32,000 nucleotides of DNA, from contig CAWCHZ010000001.1 of the NCBI GenBank assembly GCA_963795555.1, positions 20,891 through 52,890 on the forward strand. The letters run 5' to 3'. The position numbers and the translations under genes are program-made. The notes beneath the pieces are model-generated. The model saw nothing but the letters and a program-made list of their open reading frames with translations, searched no databases and had not been told where the DNA came from. The stretch's first letter is position 1; every line of letters begins with the position of its first letter. Shown piece by piece: positions 8,181 to 16,410 of this stretch. The stretch is from an uncultured Solirubrobacterales bacterium. GTDB lineage: Bacteria; Actinomycetota; Thermoleophilia; Solirubrobacterales; Solirubrobacteraceae.

Positions 8181-9959
8181 CTACGACCTGTGCGATCGCC
8201 GGCGGCCGGGGTGGGGTGGCCTGGGTTCGACGCTGCCCGTGAGCCCATGCTCCACCGCGTAGACGGCCGCCGCCGCTCGCGTGGAGACGCCGATCTTCGC
8301 GTAGATGTGTTGGATGTGGTGGTCGGCCGTCTTGGGGGAGATACCCAGTGCAAGGGCAATCTCCTTTGTCGCCAGGCCATTCGCCAGCAGCGTCAGCACC
8401 TGCTCCTCGCGCTCGGACAGGATCGCGCCGGTCGGGCGGGTTGGGCCGTTGGGGGCCGCCGCGGTCGCGCTGGCAGCGGTTGGGCCGGTGGGGGGCGCCG
8501 CGGTCGCGCTGGCAGCGGTTGGGCCGGTGGGGGGCGCCGCGGTCGCGCTGGCAGCGGTTGGGCCGGTGGGGGGCGCCGCGGTCGCGCTGGCAGCGGTTGG
8601 GCCGGTGGGGGGCGCCGCGGTCGCGCTGGCAGCGGTTGGGCCGGTGGGGGGCGCCGCGGTCGCGCTGGCAGCGGCCCCGCCGGGCTCCGTGCGCGGCCGC
8701 GTGCGTCCCGATCCCCCCCGGCTGCCGGACACGGCCCGGGGCTGGTGGCCCGCCCGCGCGAGGACCGCGCTGACCGTGTCGCGGTCCAGCCGCCCGTCGC
8801 TGGCCTCCTGCGCAAGCTGCTTAGCAGCGTCCGGCCCGGTCAACGCCCGTCTGTACGGGCGTGGCTCGACCATCGCCTGATAGGTGTTGGCGGTGGCGAG
8901 CACACGTCCGGCCACGGGGATGTCGGCGGCGCCCAGCCCGCGGTGGTAGCCCGAGCCGTCGCAACGCTCCTGTGACATTGCGGCGAGGCGGCCGAGCTCG
9001 CGCAGCGAGGTCGATTGGCCGAGCAGGCGCTCCGTGTAGTACGGGGCGAGGCGTACCTGCTCACGCTCATCGCGCGAGAGCGGTCCGGGCTTGGACCAGA
9101 TCTGCCCCCCGACCGCGACGCGGCCGATGTCGTGCGTCAGGCCGGCCCGATACAGCTGGGCGACCGTGGCTGGCTCGAGCCCGAGCGCCTCGCCCGCGCC
9201 GGCGGCCACTGCCGCGACCGTACGGGAGTGGCCGACCACGAAGCTCTTGCCGTCGGCGCAGTCGGCGATCGCGGTCAGGCAGCCGGCCAGCGCCGTGTCG
9301 CGCAGGGTGCGTTGCTCGCCGGGCTCGGCGGCGAGCAGGTCATCCCACAGAGCCGGCGAGTCCAGATCGTCCAGCACGCTGTCGGCGTGGGCGACCAGCG
9401 TGTCGGCGATGAGCGGATCGAGGCCACGCCCGGAGCGGGCACGCAGCAGCCGCCGGGTCTCGCGGATGCCCAGCTGCCAGGCAAGCAGCTCGCCCTCCTG
9501 GGCGACCTGGACCACGCGGATCGCCAATGGCAGCTGCTCGCCGGCAAGCCCGCGTGGGAAGCCCTTGCCGTCCCAACGCTCGTAGGCAGCCGATAGGCCC
9601 TGCCGTACCGCCAGATCGAGCCCCAGCCGGTCGGCGAGCAGCTGGGCGACCTCGGTGTGGCTCGTGGTCTCGCCCGCGGCGATCTCGTCGCCGAAGAACC
9701 GTGCCGGGACGTCGGCCTCGCTGGAGCAGCCGGCGTAGCGCAGCGGCGCCAGGTAGTAGACCGCGCGCAGCTGCTCCGGCGCGAGCCCCAGCAGACCGCC
9801 GAGTCGCAGGGCGATCGTCGCCGTGCGCAGCCCGTGCTCGAGCGGCAGGCCCATGCCGAGGTCGGTGGCCAGCGAGAGCGTGAAGACCAGCTCGGCGAGG
9901 CGAACCGGCGGCTGGGGGTCGGTCGGCGTGGCACGCGCGTCAGCCAAGTCGATCATCAT
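8181..9959 (-). CDS. Tandem HD-GYP-type domains (first degenerate, second canonical) fused to a C-terminal LuxR/FixJ-type HTH
   Basis: The second domain has HSRTVAAVA, LTHDIGRV and CDGSGYHRGL, the HD and GYP-like motifs. The first domain aligns in layout (ERWDGKGFPRGL) but has LRYAGC where HDIG is expected. The C-terminus LSEREEQVLTLLANGLATKEIALALGISPKTADHHIQHIYAKIG is a LuxR HTH. A repeat linker lies between the two parts. Confidence 0.8.
   Translation of the reverse strand: MMIDLADARATPTDPQPPVRLAELVFTLSLATDLGMGLPLEHGLRTATIALRLGGLLGLAPEQLRAVYYLAPLRYAGCSSEADVPARFFGDEIAAGETTSHTEVAQLLADRLGLDLAVRQGLSAAYERWDGKGFPRGLAGEQLPLAIRVVQVAQEGELLAWQLGIRETRRLLRARSGRGLDPLIADTLVAHADSVLDDLDSPALWDDLLAAEPGEQRTLRDTALAGCLTAIADCADGKSFVVGHSRTVAAVAAGAGEALGLEPATVAQLYRAGLTHDIGRVAVGGQIWSKPGPLSRDEREQVRLAPYYTERLLGQSTSLRELGRLAAMSQERCDGSGYHRGLGAADIPVAGRVLATANTYQAMVEPRPYRRALTGPDAAKQLAQEASDGRLDRDTVSAVLARAGHQPRAVSGSRGGSGRTRPRTEPGGAAASATAAPPTGPTAASATAAPPTGPTAASATAAPPTGPTAASATAAPPTGPTAASATAAPPTGPTAASATAAAPNGPTRPTGAILSEREEQVLTLLANGLATKEIALALGISPKTADHHIQHIYAKIGVSTRAAAAVYAVEHGLTGSVEPRPPHPGRRRSHRS
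8459..8675. repeat. Perfect 39-bp tandem repeat, 5 full copies plus a 22-nt partial copy (a degenerate half-copy lies at 8437-8458); in-frame, encoding (AASATAAPPTGPT)n
   Basis: The unit is GCCGCGGTCGCGCTGGCAGCGGTTGGGCCGGTGGGGGGC. Copies start at 8459, 8498, 8537, 8576, 8615 and 8654, and I saw no mismatches among the full copies. Confidence 0.95.
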
Positions 9960-10153
9960 TATAGTTGAGATGAAGCGAGAGAGGTCGTAGTCTGTTTACG
10001 TCACCCGCGCGGGGGCAAAAAGTGACGACAGGAGCAGGGGGCGCGCCTTGGCGCGGGCCGCGGCGGGTGAGTGGCTCGCGGCAGCTGCGTGCAGGCAAGC
10101 GGGCGAGCGGCTCGCGGAAAGCCGCCCAGGCAAGGGAATTGCGGGGAGGTCCG

Positions 10154-11614
10154 ATGTCCATGACGGCAAGCGCGCCGGCGCCGGCGCTCGACGAGCGCAT
10201 CTCGGGCGCGACGATCCTCGCGCTGGTGGCGATGGGCTTTGCGGTGTTCGTGTTCGCCAACGACTTCACCGCGCTTGGGGTGGCGCTGCCGCGCATCCAG
10301 CACGACCTGCATGTCGGCGTCGGTGCGGTGCAGTGGCTGATCAACGCCTACGCGCTGGTCTTCGGCGCGCTGATCGTCACCGGCGGGCGGCTGGCGGACA
10401 TGTTCGGCCGCCGGCGCGTCTTCTTCATCGGGGCGGCGATCTTCGCGCTGTGTTCGGCGGTCGGTGGGCTCGCCCAGGGCGCGGGGCTGCTGATCGGCGC
10501 GCGGGCGCTGATGGGACTCGGCGGGGCGCTGCTGTGGCCGGCGACGCTCGGCATGACCTATGCGGTGCTGCCGCCGCGCAAGGCCGGCCTGGCAGGCGGC
10601 CTGATCATCGGTGTGGCCGGTCTCGGCAACGCCTTTGGCCCGATGCTCGGCGGCGCGCTGACCGACGCGCTGAGCTGGCGCGCGATCTTCTTCCTCAACC
10701 TGCCGATCGTCGCCTGTGCCTGCGCCGGCGCGCTATGGCTGATCCATCAGCCGCGCGAGACCCACGGCGCCCGCATCGACTACGCCGGCGTGCTGACGCT
10801 GTCGGCGGCGCTGACGGCCCTGCTGCTGGCACTCGAGCAGGTCGGCAACTGGGGCTGGGGGGACGTGCGGATCATTGCGCTGCTGGGGACCGCCGCGGCG
10901 CTCGTCGCGCTGTTCGCGCTGGTCGAGCGAGGGGGCGGCGAGGGGGCGCTCGTGCCGCGCGCGGTGAGCGCCAACCGCCCGTTCGCGGCGGCCGCGCTGG
11001 CGGTGCTGCTGATCTCGGCAACCTACTTCGCGCTCGTCGTCTACCTACCGCAGACGATGGAGCGCCTGCTCGGCTACAGCCCGCTGCATGCCGGCGTTGG
11101 GCTGCTGCCGATGATGACGACGTTTGCCGCGACCTCGTTCATCGCCGGCTCGCTCTATGCGCGGCTGGGTCAGAAGCTGATCGTCGGCTTCGGCGCGGCC
11201 TGCATTGCCGTCGGAGCGCTGCTCGTCTCGCGCCTGCAGCTGCCCGTCAGCTACGGCGCGCTCGTGCCCGGCATGGCGCTGAGCGGGATCGGCATCGGCG
11301 TCTTCTACTCGACGATCACGACCGCCGCGGTGACGGCGCTGGACCGCGCCCAGTGGAGCCTCGCGGGCGGCATCGTCTACATGTGCCAGATCACCGGCGG
11401 CTCGATCGGGCTGGGGCTCGCGACGGCGCTGTTCACGTCGGCCTCACGCGGCGCGAGCCCCGATCGCGGCTTCGTCAGCGGCATCCACGCCGGCCTGGGC
11501 GCCGACGCGGCGCTGGCGCTCGCCGGGGTCGTGATCACGGTGCTCTTCGTCGGTGGGCGCCTGCCGGTGCGCCGCTTCCTGACAGCACGCGACGCAGACG
11601 CCACAATGAGATGA
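10154..11614 (+). CDS. MFS transporter, DHA2 (EmrB/QacA-like, approx. 14 TMS) drug/H+ antiporter family
   Basis: SD GGGGAGG (10143-10149) precedes ATG 10154. Motifs include FANDFTALGVALPRIQHDL, the motif-A-like LIVTGGRLADMFGRRRVFFIG, and many hydrophobic helices. Confidence 0.85.
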   Translation: MSMTASAPAPALDERISGATILALVAMGFAVFVFANDFTALGVALPRIQHDLHVGVGAVQWLINAYALVFGALIVTGGRLADMFGRRRVFFIGAAIFALCSAVGGLAQGAGLLIGARALMGLGGALLWPATLGMTYAVLPPRKAGLAGGLIIGVAGLGNAFGPMLGGALTDALSWRAIFFLNLPIVACACAGALWLIHQPRETHGARIDYAGVLTLSAALTALLLALEQVGNWGWGDVRIIALLGTAAALVALFALVERGGGEGALVPRAVSANRPFAAAALAVLLISATYFALVVYLPQTMERLLGYSPLHAGVGLLPMMTTFAATSFIAGSLYARLGQKLIVGFGAACIAVGALLVSRLQLPVSYGALVPGMALSGIGIGVFYSTITTAAVTALDRAQWSLAGGIVYMCQITGGSIGLGLATALFTSASRGASPDRGFVSGIHAGLGADAALALAGVVITVLFVGGRLPVRRFLTARDADATMR

Positions 11615-11700
11615 GTCGGGCGGCCGCGCGGGCGATCCTGTGATCGGCGCAGCGCCCGCCGCCCGTATCACCCTCGTTCCCGAGCGTTGGAGCGGAGTCG

Positions 11701-12444
11701 ATGTTCGCGTCGATCGTCAGCGTGGCCCACAACATCGGATATCCGCTGTTGTTCGTGCTCGTCATGGCGGAGTCGAGCGGCTTCCCGGTGCCGGGCGAGA
11801 CGGCGCTGATCACCGGCGCGCTGCTCGCCAGCCAGGGCAAGCTCCAGATCGAGTTCGTGATCGTGCTGGCCGCCACCGCGGCGATCGTCGGCGACAACAT
11901 CGGCTATCTGATCGGCCGCAAGGGCGGCCGCTGGCTGCTCGAGCGCCCCGGGCTCTTCGAGCGCCAGCGCCGGCGAGTGCTGGAAGTCGGCGAGCCGTTC
12001 TTCGCTCGTCACGGGCCCAAGGCCGTCTTCTTCGGTCGCTGGCTGCTGGGCCTGCGTGTGTGGGCGTCGTGGCTGGCCGGCGCGAACCGCATGCGCTGGC
12101 GCTCGTTCGCCTTCTGGAACGCTGCCGGCGGGATTGGCTGGGCCACGACGATCGGGCTGCTCGCCTACTACCTCGGGCACACGGTCAAGAACGTGCTGAG
12201 CCTGTTCGGGCTCTGGGGGCTAATCGGGGTCGTGCTGGCGGGCGGCGGCGCACTGTTGCTGCACTGGCGCCAGCATCGCCGCTCGGTGGCGCAGCGGGCG
12301 GCCCGTCCGACGGACGAGCGCCCCGGCGATGGGCGCGTGGGGGAGGCGCGAGCCGGCGATGGCCGCGTGGCGGAGGCGCGCCCCGGCGATGGGCGCGTGG
12401 CGGAGGCGCGAGTGGTTGACGGCCGCGTCGCTGACGCCCCATGA
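11701..12444 (+). CDS. DedA/SNARE-associated family membrane protein with a C-terminal repeat tail
   Basis: GYPLLFVLVMAESSGFPVPGETALITGALLA...IVGDNIGYLIGRKGG...FFARHGPKAVFFGRW is the DedA signature. SD GGAGCGGAG. The stop overlaps the next start (ATGA at 12441-12444). Confidence 0.85.
   Translation: MFASIVSVAHNIGYPLLFVLVMAESSGFPVPGETALITGALLASQGKLQIEFVIVLAATAAIVGDNIGYLIGRKGGRWLLERPGLFERQRRRVLEVGEPFFARHGPKAVFFGRWLLGLRVWASWLAGANRMRWRSFAFWNAAGGIGWATTIGLLAYYLGHTVKNVLSLFGLWGLIGVVLAGGGALLLHWRQHRRSVAQRAARPTDERPGDGRVGEARAGDGRVAEARPGDGRVAEARVVDGRVADAP
12322..12441 (+). repeat. 30-bp in-frame tandem repeat, 3 good copies plus 1 degenerate copy, encoding x-GDGRV(G/A)EAR
   Basis: Copies lie at 12322-12351, 12352-12381, 12382-12411 and 12412-12441 (degenerate). 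They form the cytoplasmic tail of DedA. Confidence 0.85.
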
Positions 12445-12977
12445 GCGCTCAGCAGGACCCCCTCGAGCGGCTGACGCCGATCGCGCCCGATGCCTTCCGC
12501 GCCGTGCTGGGAGCCGTCTGCACGCCGGTCAGCGTCGTGAGCACGATGCGCAGCGAACGTCCCTACGCCACGACCGTCAGCGCGTTCAGCTCGCTCTCGC
12601 TCGATCCGCCGTTGATAACCGTCGCGCTCGACCGCGGCTCGGGGCTGCTGCGGATGATCCGCGCGACCCGGCGCTTCGGCGTCAGCGTGCTCGCCGACGG
12701 GCAGGACCGCGAGGCGCTGGCGCTGGCGCGCAAGGGTCCCGACAAGCTCGCCGACATCGCTTGGACGGCCGACCACGGGCTGCCGCGCATCGATGGCGCC
12801 TATGCCTGGCTGGTCTGCCGCGTGCACCGGGTCGTCGCGGGTGGCGATCACATGATCGTGATCGGGCTGGTCGTGCACGGTGAGCACTGCGACGCCGGCG
12901 AGCCGATGCTCTACCACCGCCGCGACTTCGCCGGTCTGCGCCGCTACGAACGCGGTGCGCGCACGGGCGCCGGCTAG
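12441..12977 (+). CDS. Flavin reductase family protein (FMN-binding split-barrel)
   Basis: FRAVLGAVCTPVSVVST...TVSAFSSLSLDPPLITVALDR...GDHMIVIGLVV...PMLYHRRDF is the typical flavin reductase domain pattern. It is translationally coupled to DedA. Confidence 0.8.
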   Translation: MSAQQDPLERLTPIAPDAFRAVLGAVCTPVSVVSTMRSERPYATTVSAFSSLSLDPPLITVALDRGSGLLRMIRATRRFGVSVLADGQDREALALARKGPDKLADIAWTADHGLPRIDGAYAWLVCRVHRVVAGGDHMIVIGLVVHGEHCDAGEPMLYHRRDFAGLRRYERGARTGAG

Positions 12978-13027
12978 CCCGGCCCAGGGTGAGCAGCGGC
13001 TAGCCCGGTCCCCGCGCGAGCGGTGGG

Positions 13028-14407
13028 TCAGTGGTGGAACGCTGAGCGCTGCGGCGCGTTCGGTGCTGCGCCGCCCCCGAGCGCGTCGACCGCGCGGCGC
13101 AGGTCGCGCAGCAGCAGCTGCGCCATGTCGCGGCTGAAGCCGTTGCGCACGACGACGCGCAGCACGGCCAGCTGCTCGAGGTTGGCGGGGAAGGTGTAGG
13201 CCGGTACCAGCCAGCCATGGGTGCGCAGCGCCGTCGAGACGTCGAAGACGCTGTAGGCGTCGATGTCCTCGCGCAGCCGGAAGGCGAAGACCGGGATTCC
13301 GCTGCCGTCGGAGATCAGCTCGAACGGGCCGAGCTGGGCAATCTCCTGTGCCAGCCAGCGAGCTGTGTCACGGCAGGCCTGCTGGACGCGCGTATAGCCG
13401 TCCCGGCCGAGGCGCAGGAAGTTGAAGTACTGGCTGATCACCTGGGCGCCGGGGCGCGAGAAGTTCAGCGCAAAGGTCGGCATGTCGCCACCGAGGTAGT
13501 TGACGTGGAAGACGAGCTGCTCGGGCAGCGCCGCCTCGTTGCGCCAGACGACCCAGCCGACGCCCGGGTAGACGAGGCCGTATTTGTGGCCCGAGGCATT
13601 GATCGACTGCACGCGCTCGAGACGAAAGTCCCACTCGAGCTTGCGGTCCAGGAACGGCGCGACGAAGCCCCCGGAGGCGGCATCGACGTGCAGCGGGATG
13701 TCAAGGCCGCTGCGCTGCTGCAGGTCATCGAGCGCCTTGGCGATGTCGTTGACCGGCTCATAGCTGCCGTCGAGCGTCGAGCCGAGGATCGCCACCACGC
13801 CGATCGTGTTCTCGTCGCAGTGCGCGGCGGCCTCCGCGGCCGTCAGGTGCGTGCGGCCGGGTGCCAGCGCAACCAGGCGCGGCTCGACGTCCCAATAGCG
13901 GCAGAACTTGTCCCAGCAGATCTGCGCGTTGGCCCCCAGCACGAGGTTGGGGCGATCGGTCGGCGCGCCGAGCGAGCGCCGGCGCTCGCGCCAGCGCCAC
14001 TTCAGCGCCAGGCCAGCGAGCATGCAGCCCTCGCTGGAGCCCGTCGTCGAGCAGCCGGTCGCGCGCTCGGCCTGCGGCGAGCTCCAGAGGTCGGCGAGCA
14101 TGTTCACGCAGCGCAGCTCGAGCTCGGCCGTCTGCGGGTACTCGTCCTTGTCGACGATGTTCTTTTCGAGGCAGTCGTCGATCAGCTGACGTGCCGCGGG
14201 CTCCATCCAGGTCGTGACGAAGGTCGCCAGGTTCAGGCCGGCGTTGCCGTCGAGCAGCAGCTCGTCGTGGATCAGCTGGCTCGCGACGTCCGGCGCGATG
14301 CCCGCGTCGGGCAGGCGGAAGATCGGGACCTCGTCAGCGTCGAGCTGCGCTCGCGCGCTGTGGACCGCATCGGCCTGCTCGGCGGGCACGGAATGGTGCA
14401 GGGGCAT
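13028..14407 (-). CDS. gadB: Glutamate decarboxylase (PLP-dependent, group II)
   Basis: LNLATFVTTWMEP, KDEYPQTAELELRCVNMLADLW and SINASGHKYGLVYPGVGWVVWR (the PLP-lysine motif) are present. A strong SD, GAGGAGG, follows the pgl stop directly. Confidence 0.9.
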   Translation of the reverse strand: MPLHHSVPAEQADAVHSARAQLDADEVPIFRLPDAGIAPDVASQLIHDELLLDGNAGLNLATFVTTWMEPAARQLIDDCLEKNIVDKDEYPQTAELELRCVNMLADLWSSPQAERATGCSTTGSSEGCMLAGLALKWRWRERRRSLGAPTDRPNLVLGANAQICWDKFCRYWDVEPRLVALAPGRTHLTAAEAAAHCDENTIGVVAILGSTLDGSYEPVNDIAKALDDLQQRSGLDIPLHVDAASGGFVAPFLDRKLEWDFRLERVQSINASGHKYGLVYPGVGWVVWRNEAALPEQLVFHVNYLGGDMPTFALNFSRPGAQVISQYFNFLRLGRDGYTRVQQACRDTARWLAQEIAQLGPFELISDGSGIPVFAFRLREDIDAYSVFDVSTALRTHGWLVPAYTFPANLEQLAVLRVVVRNGFSRDMAQLLLRDLRRAVDALGGGAAPNAPQRSAFHH

Positions 14408-14419
14408 GGGCCTCCTCGA

Positions 14420-15259
14420 TCAACGGCTGTCGGTGGGGGGTCGCGCGGGCTCGGATGGGGCCGTGTGCTCGTGTGAAGCTGGCTGCTCGAATGGGCCGCG
14501 CTGCGCGACTGGCGCGGGCTGCGTGGCTGGCGCGGGCTGCGTGGCTGGCGCGGGCTGCGCGGGTGGGGCGGCGGCGCGGTCGACGATCAGCTCGGTGCGG
14601 GCGCGGTTGAGCAGGCTGGCCGGCGTGCTCTGGCTCGGCCCGGCGAGCGTCGCCGCAACCGCACGAAGCTTCTCCACGCCGATCGCCAGCACGATCGCGC
14701 TGCGCGCGCCGCGCAGCAGTGGCAGCGTCATCGTGACGCGCTGAGGCGGTGGCTTGGGGCCGACGACCGCGGCGCAGAGGCTGTCGCGGCTGCGCAGCAC
14801 GGGCTGATTGGGAAACAGCGAGGCCGTGTGGCCATCCTCCCCAAGCCCCAGCAGAGCGAGGTCCAGCTGCGGCACGCCGTGCTCGTCGCGCGGCAGCTCG
14901 TCGCTGAGCTCGGCGGCGTAGGCGCGGGCGGCCTGCTCGGGCTCCTGCTCGCCGGCGATGCGGTGGACCTGCGGTGGGGTACCGCGGCTGCCGGCCAACA
15001 GCGTCTCGCGGACCAGCCGGTAGTTGCTGCGCGGATCGTCGGGGGCGACGGCGCGCTCGTCGCCGAACCACAGCTCGACGCCGCTCCAGTCGCCGACCTC
15101 CGCGGCCAGGCGCGTGTACACCGCGCGTGGGGTCGAGCCGCCGGCGAGCGCAATGTGCAACCGCGCACCCGCCGGCCGCGGCTGCTCGAGCAGCCGCTCG
15201 ATGCGTGCGGCCGCCAGCGCGGCGGCCTGCTCAGGCGTATCGGTGACCGTCAGCCTCAT
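14420..15259 (-). CDS. pgl: 6-phosphogluconolactonase with a low-complexity C-terminal extension
   Basis: LALAGGSTPRAVY, WFGDERAV and LLGLGEDGHTASLFP are pgl motifs. Start taken at ATG 15259 (MRLTVTD). The last 50-60 aa are a Pro/Ala/Gln-rich tail. Confidence 0.85.
   Translation of the reverse strand: MRLTVTDTPEQAAALAAARIERLLEQPRPAGARLHIALAGGSTPRAVYTRLAAEVGDWSGVELWFGDERAVAPDDPRSNYRLVRETLLAGSRGTPPQVHRIAGEQEPEQAARAYAAELSDELPRDEHGVPQLDLALLGLGEDGHTASLFPNQPVLRSRDSLCAAVVGPKPPPQRVTMTLPLLRGARSAIVLAIGVEKLRAVAATLAGPSQSTPASLLNRARTELIVDRAAAPPAQPAPATQPAPATQPAPVAQRGPFEQPASHEHTAPSEPARPPTDSR
14509..14562. repeat. 18-bp in-frame tandem repeat, 3 copies with one mismatch, encoding (PAPATQ)n in the pgl tail
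   Basis: The unit CTGGCGCGGGCTGCGTGG occurs at 14509, 14527 and 14545. Confidence 0.9.
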
Positions 15260-15308
15260 CGGCGGGGTGCCGCCGATCGCGGGCGCGACCTCGATTGTCC
15301 GGGGACGC

Positions 15309-16352
15309 TCATCCTCGGGACGCCGCAAGGTCCTCGCGCAGCAGCGCCGCGGCCGCCTCGACGGCGCCCGCATAGCCTCGCGCGAAGCGGCCGGCCGGTG
15401 GCAGTGCGTCGGCGAAGAGGTTGCGCAGCCGGTGCGAGGCGGCGCCGCGGTGCAGCTCGATCGTGGTTTCGCCGCCGTGGATGCGCACGCGCTCGATCTC
15501 GTCGGCGCAGCTGCTCGCGCTCGGCTTGATCGTGATCAGGGCGTCGGCGCCGTCCGGGCCGGCGCCCGGCACGCGCCAGCGCCGCCCGTCGCCATGGCAG
15601 CCCTCCAGCGACCAGCCCAGGCGCGCGACGATCCAGCCGGCGAGCAGCAGCGCGTCGGCCACCGCCGCTGCGCCGTGATCGATCTCGATCGTCTCGACGC
15701 CCGCCAGCAGGGCAAGCTGATCCGGCGCATCGAAGCTGGCGGCGATCAGCGCGCGCCAGTGCTCGAGCCGGCCCCAAGCCAGGTCGTGCACGACGGTGCT
15801 GGCGCCGAGCGCCGCGGCGCGGCGCAGCGCCCGCGTCGTCTCGACCGAGCCGGAGTCGAGCACGGCGTGCTCGGCGCGTCCGAGCAGTACCTCCTCGCCA
15901 GGCGCCGGCGTCTCGTCGCACAGCCAGAGCACGGTCGGCAGGCCGCGCACCAGCAGCGGCGCGACCAGCGACTCGGCATGCTCCAGGCGCGCGTCGTCGG
16001 CGATCAGCTTGATGCGATCGTGGCAGTAGCCCGCCTCGCCCGGCGCTCGGCTCATCCAGCAGTCGATCGCGATGCGCGCATCCAGTCGCGGCTCCTGGTG
16101 GCGACAGAGCACGACGGTGCGCGAGGGGTTGTGCCAGCCGAGCGTTGCGAGCGTCTGCTCCACCGCGGGCTGCCCGCGGCTGGCGATCGGCTGCCCGCGG
16201 CTGACGATCAGGTTGAGCGTCCGCGTGACGGCGTGGTTGTGGGCGTCATGGAGGTGCTCGACCTGCACGCGACAGAGCTCTTCGGCGACGGTCGCGATCG
16301 TGACGTCGCTGCCCTGCCAGTTGGACGGCTCGGGGGCGATCTGGGCGCTCAT
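15309..16352 (-). CDS. opcA: Glucose-6-phosphate dehydrogenase assembly protein OpcA
   Basis: It sits between zwf and pgl. TRTLNLIV...NPSRTVVL...LVAPLLVRGLPTVLWL is OpcA-like. It contains a 21-bp in-frame duplication (16168-16188 and 16189-16209, 1 mismatch). Confidence 0.8.
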   Translation of the reverse strand: MSAQIAPEPSNWQGSDVTIATVAEELCRVQVEHLHDAHNHAVTRTLNLIVSRGQPIASRGQPAVEQTLATLGWHNPSRTVVLCRHQEPRLDARIAIDCWMSRAPGEAGYCHDRIKLIADDARLEHAESLVAPLLVRGLPTVLWLCDETPAPGEEVLLGRAEHAVLDSGSVETTRALRRAAALGASTVVHDLAWGRLEHWRALIAASFDAPDQLALLAGVETIEIDHGAAAVADALLLAGWIVARLGWSLEGCHGDGRRWRVPGAGPDGADALITIKPSASSCADEIERVRIHGGETTIELHRGAASHRLRNLFADALPPAGRFARGYAGAVEAAAALLREDLAASRG

Positions 16353-16410
16353 CGCCGGCGCATCGCAGACGTTGCCGGCGCGGCAGCCTGGGCGCTCACC
16401 GCCGGCCGGC

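Noticed and set aside
8437-8675. The 39-bp repeat array as a possible CRISPR array
   Set aside because: The copies are contiguous with no spacers and in frame inside a well-supported CDS. No cas genes are nearby. It is a coding tandem repeat.
9970-9990. A mini-ORF, ATG AAG CGA GAG AGG TCG TAG (6 codons), in the MFS upstream region as a regulatory uORF
   Set aside because: It is too short, has no SD or conservation evidence, and cannot be distinguished from chance.
10022-10153. The longer MFS start at 10022, and the parallel 531-aa ORF at 10048
   Set aside because: The extension is Arg/Gly-rich without an SD, while ATG 10154 has GGGGAGG upstream and is followed directly by the first TM helix. 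The 10048 ORF is a frame-shifted shadow.
12970-13007. The 12-bp direct repeat CGGCTAGCCCGG (12970-12981 and 12996-13007) between the flavin reductase gene and gadB
   Set aside because: It is short and GC-rich in a convergent intergenic gap. It has no associated structure or partner elements and probably arose by chance or local duplication. The first copy spans the stop codon of the flavin reductase gene.
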